In this document: one piece after another, positions 46,230 to 55,544 of the stretch
How positions within the stretch are numbered: position 1 is the first letter of the stretch
How the letters are laid out: each line of letters opens with the position of its first letter
Origin: an uncultured Gammaproteobacteria bacterium
GTDB lineage: Bacteria > Patescibacteriota > Microgenomatia > CAZETR01 > Amesbacteraceae
Reading direction: 5' to 3'
NCBI GenBank assembly: GCA_964633995.1
Contig: CAZWKN010000002.1
Span: forward strand, 5,266-69,265
DNA length: 64,000 nucleotides
Notes under the pieces: generated by a model
What the model was told of the DNA's origin: nothing
The model's database searches: none
What the model saw: the letters and a program-made list of their open reading frames with translations, nothing else
Program-made: the position numbers and the translations under genes

Positions 46230-47304
46230 ATACAAGCAGGGCCAACCAAACCAAAACAAAAGGGTAGAACTGGGAATTTAAGAACAAACTGTGAAAGAAA
46301 AGTGCCAGTAAACTGGCCCTAAGAATGGGGTCAGATTTGGAGAATCGCCAATAAGACTTGATATATGAACCATAGAAAAAAAGACCCACAACGCCTGTCG
46401 TGGCCGCGACAAAAAGCAATGACGAATCGGCGCCCGCTCCAGCATGCGTAGTGACCCAATCATTAGAGCCTAAAAATCCGTACTCATTTTGGGCATAGCG
46501 GTAAGTATTGAAGCCCACCCCCAAAATTGGATGATCAATAAAGATTGTCAAAGAGTTCTTCCAATTAATCAGCCGGGCCAATATGGAATTTGTGCGTTCC
46601 AGCCGGACGCCCTCCCCGGTAGGCTTGGGCAAAAGGGGTAAGGTAATTGCCAAGAGTATCCAAGTAAGTAGAAGCAACCTAACACTTTTTCTGTGCCAAG
46701 AGACTGCTCCCATGGCAATTAAATATGCCAGATACGAGCTCCGAGAATAGGTCAGGGCCATAGTAATAAAGGTAATAAACCAAGAAAGAGGTTTGTTGCG
46801 ATAATAAAAATAAATTAATAAAAAGACCAACATCAGGCCCGTAAATCCCGGATCTAGTAAAGATCCTACTACACGATAGTAGTGAGGGTCCCATCCAAGA
46901 GGGATCAGGAAATTAATTTTGGGTATAAAGAAATATTGAAAAAGGCCGGACAGAACTAAGACCCATCCCACCTTTGACAATGAAGGAAGGTTTGGAACTA
47001 GGAGCAAACTCGAGTATGCCCAAAACCGAAACAAGTAAGCTAAACCCACTAGCATCGCGGTCGACCCATAAGCATGCCCAGAGATGAATAACGAAAATAG
47101 GGCAATAACAGAAAAAATGGACACTGATTTGGTAACCGGATGTGTGAAAATACTCGTGAAAATATATTTGACATTTAGAAGCAGGACAATGCACACGGAG
47201 ATATCTAACAGAGAAAGCCTTAGACTGTCAGAAAAAAAACTAATTTTGTATATATTGCCCACCACAAAGGCGGCGATAAAGAATAGGGTGCTCAAATTAA
47301 GCAT
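46192..47304 (-). CDS. O-antigen ligase/polymerase-like (Wzy_C-type) membrane protein
   Basis: 370 aa, about 10 TM helices with a larger periplasmic loop. Located in a glycan cluster. Family assignment is tentative. Confidence 0.4.
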   Translation of the reverse strand: MLNLSTLFFIAAFVVGNIYKISFFSDSLRLSLLDISVCIVLLLNVKYIFTSIFTHPVTKSVSIFSVIALFSLFISGHAYGSTAMLVGLAYLFRFWAYSSLLLVPNLPSLSKVGWVLVLSGLFQYFFIPKINFLIPLGWDPHYYRVVGSLLDPGFTGLMLVFLLIYFYYRNKPLSWFITFITMALTYSRSSYLAYLIAMGAVSWHRKSVRLLLLTWILLAITLPLLPKPTGEGVRLERTNSILARLINWKNSLTIFIDHPILGVGFNTYRYAQNEYGFLGSNDWVTTHAGAGADSSLLFVAATTGVVGLFFYGSYIKSYWRFSKSDPILRASLLALFFHSLFLNSQFYPFVLVWLALLVSKDSSLLSSRVG

Positions 47305-48055
47305 GTTTGGAGGGAATGCCCTTTTTCAACAAATAGAGCTTGGAGGCAACCAGGTAAGCATACATTGCCATAAGCATGGCGTGGACAAACCCGGCGGTAC
47401 CATCTAAAAAGCCTAGTTTAATTATATAAAGTTGTAGAAAACGAGCAATTGGGGCGAAAATTATCTCAAATACATTGCTGGATCGACCGCGTGAAAAGAA
47501 TTCGTCAGCTTTCAGGGTTGAATAATAATTCAAATGAGACAAAAAATCTGATACTGTCTGGTGGGGAGTGTGTATTAGGGGTGATGATAAGCTCAGAACT
47601 TGACCTGAAACTTGCCAAGACTCGTGTACCTTGCCTGTCCAAGTACCCGAATTTAAGTTTGCTAAACGCAATAACCTAGTGTTTCCCGAGTCCCCGTGAA
47701 AAAGAGGTTTGCCCCACATAATGTCACGCCTTGGAATTAAAAACCCTTTTGCGGTTTTGAAATGCTTAATTGAGTATAAAATTTCTTCAGAAAGAGCCGG
47801 TGACACAATTTCGTCGGCGTCCACAAATAAAACCCACCCCGATTTGACTTGGGAAAGGGCAAAATTTCTTTGGGCAGAAAAATCGTTTGCCAGAGGGTGA
47901 GCAACAATTTTGGCTTTATATTTTTTGGCAATTGCCAAAGTGTCATCGCTCGATCCTCCATCTACAACTAAAATGGAATCGCAAAATTTAAGACTTTTTA
48001 AACAATTGACTAAGCATTCAGATTCGTTGTAGGTAAGAATTATTGCTGTAAGCAT
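47297..48055 (-). CDS. glycosyltransferase family 2
   Basis: MLTAIILTYNE...VVDGGSSDDT and FVDADE (DxD). 252 aa. Confidence 0.75.
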   Translation of the reverse strand: MLTAIILTYNESECLVNCLKSLKFCDSILVVDGGSSDDTLAIAKKYKAKIVAHPLANDFSAQRNFALSQVKSGWVLFVDADEIVSPALSEEILYSIKHFKTAKGFLIPRRDIMWGKPLFHGDSGNTRLLRLANLNSGTWTGKVHESWQVSGQVLSLSSPLIHTPHQTVSDFLSHLNYYSTLKADEFFSRGRSSNVFEIIFAPIARFLQLYIIKLGFLDGTAGFVHAMLMAMYAYLVASKLYLLKKGIPSKHA

Positions 48056-48059
48056 ATGG

Positions 48060-49133
48060 TTATTTTAGCACTGTAACTGTCGACGAAGACTCATTGATCG
48101 TGAAGTGAGAATAACTGCCTGAGAGCTTGGTATTTCGCGATAACATCCAAATTAAATAGTTGTATGGCATAGTGGACGAGGCAAACTGGGAACCTGGCCC
48201 AGACAGTGTTATCTTGGGTGTGGGCGTATTTGACTTTGTGAAAACGTACCGTGAAATCCCCAGGCGATGAGCATAAGAAAGGCCGTAATGATTTGGAGTA
48301 AGAAAATAATGGTAGTAAATTATGGCTACAGTACTGCCGATACCGCCCAACACCAACAGGGAGGTCGTTAATATCTTTGGCATCTTTGATAAAACCAACC
48401 CCACCAAAAGAGCAACCGGAGCAATAAATAAGGCTAAGTAGGACTCGGAAAACGGAGTAATGCCAGATGCTCCCACCAAAATTCTCCTGGCAACCCAGGC
48501 AAATACTCCAAGAGTTTGAACTGGGCCAGATAGTAAAAAGGGCAGGATGCCAAAGCTAAATCCAAGTATAAATAGTAGGGTTGCTTTAGATTTTGTGGGG
48601 AGCAATAAGATTGCCACCGGCCAAAGAATAAAAGTGAGAAGATGTAATTGGTATAAAAATCCCAAAAACAGACCTGATAATAAATAACGTTTTTTAATCA
48701 TCAAAATACCAAAAATAGTCATAAAAAGAGGAATAGGGGAAGTGTGATATGCCATACGAGAATGAAGCACTGCATGAGGAGCAAAAGCGATGACCACTGC
48801 CGAGAACAACCCGGCTTTTCGGCCAAACAAAGTGCTTGAGAAAGAATAAAGCATAATAATAGTTAACAAACCAAGGATTGATGTAAAAATAACACCGAAC
48901 TGGAGACTGGGTCCTGTGGGTATGAGTAGATATGTCCAAAGAGGACCTTGGTGCAACCAGGTGATACTACTTGTGATTCCCAATAACGGAAGTTTGGAAG
49001 TTTGAACTGCATCCCTGGCTGATAAATAGAACCAAGCCATATCCCCAAAGAAAGGAACTTCTGTCGTAATACGGTAAAAGCGAACTGGAAAACTTAGTAA
49101 AATGATTATTATCAGTGGGGCGAAACGTTTCAT
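48060..49133 (-). CDS. polytopic membrane protein, GT-C-like
   Basis: 357 aa, N-terminus FPVRFYRITTEVPFFGDMAWFYLSARDA resembles PMT/ArnT-like GT-C starts. Confidence 0.4.
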   Translation of the reverse strand: MKRFAPLIIIILLSFPVRFYRITTEVPFFGDMAWFYLSARDAVQTSKLPLLGITSSITWLHQGPLWTYLLIPTGPSLQFGVIFTSILGLLTIIMLYSFSSTLFGRKAGLFSAVVIAFAPHAVLHSRMAYHTSPIPLFMTIFGILMIKKRYLLSGLFLGFLYQLHLLTFILWPVAILLLPTKSKATLLFILGFSFGILPFLLSGPVQTLGVFAWVARRILVGASGITPFSESYLALFIAPVALLVGLVLSKMPKILTTSLLVLGGIGSTVAIIYYHYFLTPNHYGLSYAHRLGISRYVFTKSNTPTPKITLSGPGSQFASSTMPYNYLIWMLSRNTKLSGSYSHFTINESSSTVTVLK

Positions 49134-50359
49134 GGTGAAATCTCGTTTATGGTTTTGACGACCAAGAAAACCGCGACCGGAACTGCCAAAAACGACCCAA
49201 TTATTGCTGCAATACCAGCTCCGATTAGTCCATAACTATTGACCAATGGCACAATAGAGACCGAAAGTCCCAGGATACTGGCCAGAGTAACCCAAGTCAC
49301 AAAGGACTGTTTTTTTAAAGCCAAAAACAAGGGCAATGATGTCTGGGAAATGGATTTGGCTATTCCATATATCGATAATATCTTTAAAACGGGTATTGCG
49401 GCAGTCCAGTTTGGACCAAAACCAATAGTTACGATGGGAACCGCTAACAAATACACGCCGATTCCACTTGCGACAGCAATGACAACCTGGACAAAGGCCG
49501 TACGCAAAAATGCCGATTTTAGACGATTTTTCTCACTTGATATCTGGGAGTAAATTGGGAAAGTAACCCTACCAAATACGTCTGAGATTTCTGAAATTGG
49601 GATGCTACTAACTTTATAAGCAATATCGTATATACCCAAAGATGATTTGCCCAACAATCTACCGACGACGATGTTGTCCAGATTTTGATAGAGATAGTTA
49701 AAAATGCCGGCAACTGTGATCCATTTTCCTCGCCCAAGAATTTTTCTGGCACGTAGGTTGTCGAAGTGAACCCTGGGAACAGGTGAAAAAAGTTTCCAGG
49801 ACAGAAGGACTTCTAATAATGCTCCAGCTATCATCCCCCAGACTAAACTAGAGGCGGATTTGGTGATTAGGGCAGCAAGTACTGAGACTAAACACTCGAC
49901 CAAAAATAATACTGATTTGAATCCGAATTCTTTGCCAAACAATAGATTTTTTTGAAGCTTTATTGACGAAGGATTGATAAACCCCCTAATTAACGGGACT
50001 ACACTAATAAGGTAAATAACAGCCAAAGAATCTGGGTTTTTGAAAAATAAAGAAACGAAAGGCGCACATATAAGAACAACCAAGAAAACGAGAACTCCAC
50101 GAATGATAGAAATAAGCCAAGCCGTATCAATGTAGGCGTCAATATCCCCTTTTTCCTGAACTAAAAAAATGTTTACCCAGGTCTCGGTGAAAATTTCCAA
50201 AAAGGCTAAAACCAAATTTGCTACACCAAAGGTCCCAAATTGAGCCGGAATAAGCAATCTCGCTAATATGGCGGTCCGAACGACTGTTATCCCCCGCATA
50301 AACATGCGAAGCGACATCGTCCAAGATAGGCCATGAAATGTTTTTTTGAAATAACTCAT
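49130..50359 (-). CDS. polysaccharide (Wzx-type) flippase, MOP superfamily
   Basis: Start moved to the ATG at 50359 (MSYFKKTFHGLSW...), directly abutting the upstream GT2 stop. 12-14 TM helices. Confidence 0.5.
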   Translation of the reverse strand: MSYFKKTFHGLSWTMSLRMFMRGITVVRTAILARLLIPAQFGTFGVANLVLAFLEIFTETWVNIFLVQEKGDIDAYIDTAWLISIIRGVLVFLVVLICAPFVSLFFKNPDSLAVIYLISVVPLIRGFINPSSIKLQKNLLFGKEFGFKSVLFLVECLVSVLAALITKSASSLVWGMIAGALLEVLLSWKLFSPVPRVHFDNLRARKILGRGKWITVAGIFNYLYQNLDNIVVGRLLGKSSLGIYDIAYKVSSIPISEISDVFGRVTFPIYSQISSEKNRLKSAFLRTAFVQVVIAVASGIGVYLLAVPIVTIGFGPNWTAAIPVLKILSIYGIAKSISQTSLPLFLALKKQSFVTWVTLASILGLSVSIVPLVNSYGLIGAGIAAIIGSFLAVPVAVFLVVKTINEISP

Positions 50360-51267
50360 TTTAAAGTGGAAAACAAACCGACAGCAGATCCAAATAATAC
50401 CGACAAATCCGCCGTTATTTGTAATATCGGAAGCCAGATAATTGCTCGGATATCTTTGACGTAACGATAATTTTTTCGAATCGAAAGTAGTAGATAGCAA
50501 ATCGCAAGTAGGATAATAAATGGTTTTAGAATAGTTAACTCAAATGATAAAAAGAAAAGATAGACAAACACTAAATAACGCATGGCTAGGCGCTTAACCT
50601 GAGGTCGAATTATTTTGGCTTGAATGTCACCAATAGCAAATCGCATAAACATCCAGGCTGCTTGAATTAATGTTTTACGCGGAATCCAGGAAACAACGGC
50701 GAGTGGGGCGAAAGTAAATGAATAGCCTAATGATTTTAGTCGATGGGCATAAGCATAATCTTCATTGTGATATAACGTCGGATCGAAACCCCCTGACTTG
50801 TCCCAGACTACACGCCTTAGAGCCATGGATCTAGTGGATGGATAAAACTCTGATTTGTTGGCAACATCGGGCATAACTAAGACGTATGGAATTAGACATT
50901 TTTGGAAAATGTTTTTTGATTCGCCGCGATAATAACCACTAACAACTGAAACCGCGGAGTCGGCAAAGGGTTTCAATAACTCTTCTAACCAATTTAAATC
51001 TGGCACACACCCTGCGTCTGTAAAGGCAATTAATGGGTATTTCGATTTTGATACACCAAAATTTCGCCCTACTGATCTGTTTCCTGGATTTTGAAAGTAC
51101 CTAACACCTTTTGTTTTTTGAAGCAGTTTCCAGGTGGAGTCCGTAGATCCACCGTCGACGATAATTATTTCGGTAGCAGAAGATGTCTGGTTGGTCAGCG
51201 CTTTAATGAGGGGGAGTAGCGTGTCTTCTTCGTTAAAAACCGTCACTATTACCGATACTTTTGCCAT
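50356..51267 (-). CDS. glycosyltransferase family 2
   Basis: VSVIVTVFNEEDTL...IIIVDGGSTDST. 303 aa with C-terminal TM helices. Confidence 0.75.
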   Translation of the reverse strand: MAKVSVIVTVFNEEDTLLPLIKALTNQTSSATEIIIVDGGSTDSTWKLLQKTKGVRYFQNPGNRSVGRNFGVSKSKYPLIAFTDAGCVPDLNWLEELLKPFADSAVSVVSGYYRGESKNIFQKCLIPYVLVMPDVANKSEFYPSTRSMALRRVVWDKSGGFDPTLYHNEDYAYAHRLKSLGYSFTFAPLAVVSWIPRKTLIQAAWMFMRFAIGDIQAKIIRPQVKRLAMRYLVFVYLFFLSFELTILKPFIILLAICYLLLSIRKNYRYVKDIRAIIWLPILQITADLSVLFGSAVGLFSTLK

Positions 51268-52170
51268 AATCTTTCGTATTGAGATGCAAGATTGTCCCAG
51301 GTTTGTTTTTTGGCCCAGGCTTGAGCATCCTTGACCATTTTAGCCTTTTGAGGCATCGAAAGCGACAATAACTTATTTGTAAGTTCTGAAACCGATCCTC
51401 CTATCACCATGCTTGAGTTTTGGGGGTGGGTTAACAAATAGTCCTTTCTAAGGGGGTTTGAGTAAGAAGCTATTACTAATTTTCCGACTAGCATTGCCTC
51501 CAAGATTGTGAGATAGCCCGACGCAAAAACTAGATCTGATTTGTTAAAAAAACTTGTGACATCGCTGGTTTGACCGGTAAGTTCCGTTAATTGCAACCTT
51601 AGTTTGATGGATAATTCACGGCAAATATCGTAGCCAGTGTCTGGGTCTAGTCTTCCAACAAATAGAATTTTTTTAAACTGCGCCATATGTGATTGCGGTG
51701 GGCTTTGTGCCATACCAAGTAGAAATAAATGTGCCCACACAAATGTTGGCATTTGCCATAACTTCGGTAATTTTGCGAATAATTCTATTTTTTAACGGGA
51801 TAGGGAATTTGCCTTCCCAGCCATGATAGGTTACAAAGGTGTTTTTGAATGGATATATTATTTTGAAAGGAATGATCCAGAAATAAACATCGTGGGCGTG
51901 AATTACATCTGCATTATTTAGAAGTTGTTCGTGGGATTTTAACCATTTCCAAATAAACCATTTTTTAGACGATGTTGACGCATTTTTTGTGGGAATTCGA
52001 TAAATCTCGAGACCGTCTATCACTTCATGTTCTGGTAGTTTTGGGTCGTGCTGTTCGGTAATAATTGCTATTTTGTGATGTTTTTTTAATATTTGGGAAA
52101 TGCCATAAACATGTTTTTCCACCCCGCCGATGTGGGGATAAAATAACCTGGTCAGGAAAACGACATTCAT
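51249..52170 (-). pseudogene. glycosyltransferase family 4 (GT1 fold) gene split by a frameshift
   Basis: N-terminal domain ORF 51673..52170 (FYPHIGGVEKHV, HAHD). C-terminal domain ORF 51249..51752 (FVGRLDPDTG, ILEAMLVGKLVIA). The two are in different frames and overlap by about 80 nt. Confidence 0.5.
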
Positions 52171-52913
52171 GGTTTTTGGGCAATGAGAATGAGATCTGAC
52201 TCACTAAATATATTTAGCGACAAATTGTCGAGTATTGTAACTACGTCTGAGATTGGTCCTCTGATGAATCTTATGATCCACCCCAATGATGGCTGAGTAA
52301 ATAATAAAATTCTGATAATTCCTTCGTTTTTTATTATCTTTTTAACAACATACCCTGATTTTTCGACTTGAAGTTTCAACTTTGTTTCGTTATACCTTCT
52401 TAAATGTCCAACTTGTTTATCGAAAGAATTAAGTAGCCCTAGTTTGTATAATGGTGAATTTAAACTTGGAGTAGACAAAAACAGAAAAGCATTTCTTTTG
52501 CTTAAACTGAAAAGAACCTTTAGTGTGCTAATTGGGTCTTTAATGTGCTCTATTACCTCTGTACAAAGTACTAAATCATATTGCTTTTTTTGAGCAATAT
52601 CGAACTCTCCATTGAGGAAGAATCTACAATTATTTGAGAGCTTGAGATGCTCTGCTGAACTTTTTGCTATTTGGATTGCTTTAGAAGAGATATCTACTCC
52701 ATCAACCATATTTCCCATTTTTCCCAAATAAAGATCTAACGTCCCAACTCCGCAACCATAATCTAAAACGGACAACTTCTCATTGTCTGCGATTATTCCA
52801 TTTGAATAAAGAACCGACAAAATATTTCTGTACGTAAAATTTTTACGACCAATAATTGATCCAGACTTCCTACTAGATCGATGAAATATATTGTAGAAAA
52901 TTGAAGTCTTCAT
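52167..52913 (-). CDS. class I SAM-dependent methyltransferase
   Basis: Motif I VLDYGCGVGTL. Motif post-I DGVDIS. 248 aa. Confidence 0.7.
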   Translation of the reverse strand: MKTSIFYNIFHRSSRKSGSIIGRKNFTYRNILSVLYSNGIIADNEKLSVLDYGCGVGTLDLYLGKMGNMVDGVDISSKAIQIAKSSAEHLKLSNNCRFFLNGEFDIAQKKQYDLVLCTEVIEHIKDPISTLKVLFSLSKRNAFLFLSTPSLNSPLYKLGLLNSFDKQVGHLRRYNETKLKLQVEKSGYVVKKIIKNEGIIRILLFTQPSLGWIIRFIRGPISDVVTILDNLSLNIFSESDLILIAQKP

Positions 52914-52969
52914 AGTAGTATTTTACCGTAATGTTGATTCAGTTACCAAACCAGGTGTAGACTTAATTT

Positions 52970-55543
52970 GTGATCAAGTTGTGTCGAGCGTTATTGGTGG
53001 TATTTGTTTTAGAATTTACACTTCTAATATCTTCATCATATTTCTCTATCGGAGCATTTGTAGATAGTTCCTCGTGGATAACGACCACCTCTATGCCATA
53101 CTTGTTGGCCAGCCATGTTTCGTTTGAGGATGCAGGTTATTTATATGTCTTGGGTGGTTCGGCCAGGATTGGAAATAGTCGATCCGAGATTATTCGTTCA
53201 CTAGCTCAGCTTGACGGATTATTGCCCCCATGGCAAATTGATTCACATTTTCCATTAAGACTTATCTATCACTCCATTGCTAAACAGGACGATAGTGTTT
53301 ATGTTCTTGGGGGTTACTTTGATAACATAGATGGCCTAATTGGTTTTAATAACAAGGTTTACCTTGCTAAATTACAAGCTGGAGGAGGAGTGGGGGCATG
53401 GCAGGAGGTGGCCAGTCTGCCAATGGGACTCGGGCTGGGGGGGTCGGTGATTATAAATAACCGACTTTATTACGCTGGGGGAACATATGGAAGCCAAAAC
53501 CAAAATGTATACGTGACCAACATAAACGCCGATGGAACTTTGACTGGGTGGACCGTGGCCGGTACGCTTCCCTACTCTCTTGAGGGTTTCGGAATGATGG
53601 GAATTGACGGCAGAATATTAATTGCTGGGGGTCGAAGTGACAATTCAGGCGGGTATATGAGTAAGGTTCAATTGGGAATTGTTAATTCGGATGGCACCAT
53701 AGCTTCTTGGGTTGAACAACCCGAATTGCCTGCTTCTTCATACCGGGGAGGTTTGGCCAGGGTAGGAAATCAACTAATATTCTCCGGCGGAGTAAATGGT
53801 TCCGGGTATTCTGACAAAGTTTATTTAGCTGATATACTGGAGAACGGAGATATTTCTGATTGGACACTTTCAACAAACAAACTGCCTTCTGGAAATTGTT
53901 GTTTTTCGACTGCTGTCTCTGGAAATTATTTGTACATCTTTGGTGGTCACGATGGCGGTCAATACTTGGATACCGTATGGAGATCGTCTGTCGGTCCCAT
54001 TCCCACTTCCTCGCCATTGCCTTCTCCCACTATCAATCCCACCCCAACCCCGACTCTTATTCCGACCCCAACCCCACTCCCGTTATTGATATTAATCCCG
54101 GGTGGAGGGGCGAGTTGGAATTCGGAAGCAATGCTACACAACAAAACCAACATTCCGGATGCCCAGTGGAAAATTCCCAGCTTTATTAAAACGTATGATG
54201 GTTTAATTAAGACTATTAAAGATCTCGGTTATTCAGAGGGAAAAAATTTCTTCGTTTATGCTTACGATTGGAGAAGGCCAATCAATATAACAGGAACTTA
54301 TTTTGCAAATTTTGTCATCAATTCGGTATTGACTGGAAGGCCAGATGGCACTAAGGTGAATATAGTTGGCCACAGTGAGGGTGGTTTGGTGGCGAGAAAA
54401 TTTGGTCAATTGAATTCCGACAGGGTTAATAAGCTAATTACTGTTGGCACTCCCCATGAGGGTGTTGCTAATTTTTATAATACATGGGAAGGGGGCTTAA
54501 TAGAGGGATTATCATGGGATAGACTGTTTGGAATTGAGATTATTTTGGGAGTAAATAGATCCCGATACCCAAGTAGAGTGTCCGAGATTCAAAACATGGT
54601 CCCCAGCTTGAAACAGATGCTTCCTGTTGAAAATTACTTAATGAGGCCCAATGGGTCTTACATTAATATTGGCGACATGGTGGTTAAAAATACTTTTTTA
54701 CCTGCCTTAAATGACGACCTCTTTTACATACTTCCAAAACTATCAACCCTGTCGGGTAAAGGATTTACCACCCTTAGGAGCTTGATTGTTGTACCTAGAA
54801 ATTCAATCGACAAACTGGCTGATAAATGGGTCGACGGGAAACCGGTAAATAGACTGTCTTCCGATGGCGATAATACTGTACTTTTGGGTAATGGACTGTT
54901 TCAGAATGGCTTTGAAAACGTAATCATGGAAGGATTGGACCATGAGGGTTTGGTTCAAAAGGCCACCGGAATTAGTAATATTTTGCAATTGTTGGATTTG
55001 CCTGAAAACTCCCAAGAACAACCTTTTTACAAAAACAAAAAGATGATTATAGTGACAGTTCTTTCACCAGCAACTTTTGTCGTAGTTGATCCAGATGGTT
55101 TAACAACATCCCCAACTGACGGTGTCGTTGTTATTCCCGACCCAAAGGATGGTAACTATTTGGTCAAATTAACCTCGACAGGAAGAGGACAATATACTGT
55201 TTTATTTGGAAGAACCAATGGAGCAACTGACGGTTGGAGTGAAGACTTTGGATTTTTTTCCAAGAAAGGTCAACAAGCAAGTTATGAATTTAAAGTAAAA
55301 TATTTGCTACCAAAGTTGGGAGCCGATCCATATTCTGACATCATAAAAAGACTGAAAAAGTTTAGAAAATACGAAGTATGTAGACTCCTGGAAAAATATT
55401 TCGAGGTCTCCCGAGGGCGTAGGGAAATTCCTGAATGGATGATAAAATCTTTAGATAATCTGACCGAGAAGGTTGTTGACCAGACTGAAAAAAGTGAGTT
55501 TAAAGTAATAAGGCGTGATATTGAAAGATATTTGGAAGATTAG
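52970..55543 (+). CDS. secreted fusion protein: Kelch-repeat beta-propeller + Pro/Thr linker + LCAT/PGAP1-like alpha/beta-hydrolase (lipase/acyltransferase) + C-terminal beta-sandwich
   Basis: N-terminal signal/TM. Repeated Kelch cores (YVLGG, YYAGG, LIAGG, IFSGG, YIFGG). Linker IPTSSPLPSPTINPTPTPTLIPTPTPLP. YAYDWRRP (LCAT-family YDWR motif) and VNIVGHSEGGLVARKF (GHSxG nucleophile elbow). Confidence 0.6.
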   Translation: MIKLCRALLVVFVLEFTLLISSSYFSIGAFVDSSSWITTTSMPYLLASHVSFEDAGYLYVLGGSARIGNSRSEIIRSLAQLDGLLPPWQIDSHFPLRLIYHSIAKQDDSVYVLGGYFDNIDGLIGFNNKVYLAKLQAGGGVGAWQEVASLPMGLGLGGSVIINNRLYYAGGTYGSQNQNVYVTNINADGTLTGWTVAGTLPYSLEGFGMMGIDGRILIAGGRSDNSGGYMSKVQLGIVNSDGTIASWVEQPELPASSYRGGLARVGNQLIFSGGVNGSGYSDKVYLADILENGDISDWTLSTNKLPSGNCCFSTAVSGNYLYIFGGHDGGQYLDTVWRSSVGPIPTSSPLPSPTINPTPTPTLIPTPTPLPLLILIPGGGASWNSEAMLHNKTNIPDAQWKIPSFIKTYDGLIKTIKDLGYSEGKNFFVYAYDWRRPINITGTYFANFVINSVLTGRPDGTKVNIVGHSEGGLVARKFGQLNSDRVNKLITVGTPHEGVANFYNTWEGGLIEGLSWDRLFGIEIILGVNRSRYPSRVSEIQNMVPSLKQMLPVENYLMRPNGSYINIGDMVVKNTFLPALNDDLFYILPKLSTLSGKGFTTLRSLIVVPRNSIDKLADKWVDGKPVNRLSSDGDNTVLLGNGLFQNGFENVIMEGLDHEGLVQKATGISNILQLLDLPENSQEQPFYKNKKMIIVTVLSPATFVVVDPDGLTTSPTDGVVVIPDPKDGNYLVKLTSTGRGQYTVLFGRTNGATDGWSEDFGFFSKKGQQASYEFKVKYLLPKLGADPYSDIIKRLKKFRKYEVCRLLEKYFEVSRGRREIPEWMIKSLDNLTEKVVDQTEKSEFKVIRRDIERYLED

Positions 55544-55544
55544 G

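Noticed and set aside
53959-54153. 64-aa Gly/Val-rich ORF antisense to the Kelch-lipase PT linker
   Set aside because: It is a mirror-image artefact of the Pro/Thr-rich coding repeat on the other strand.
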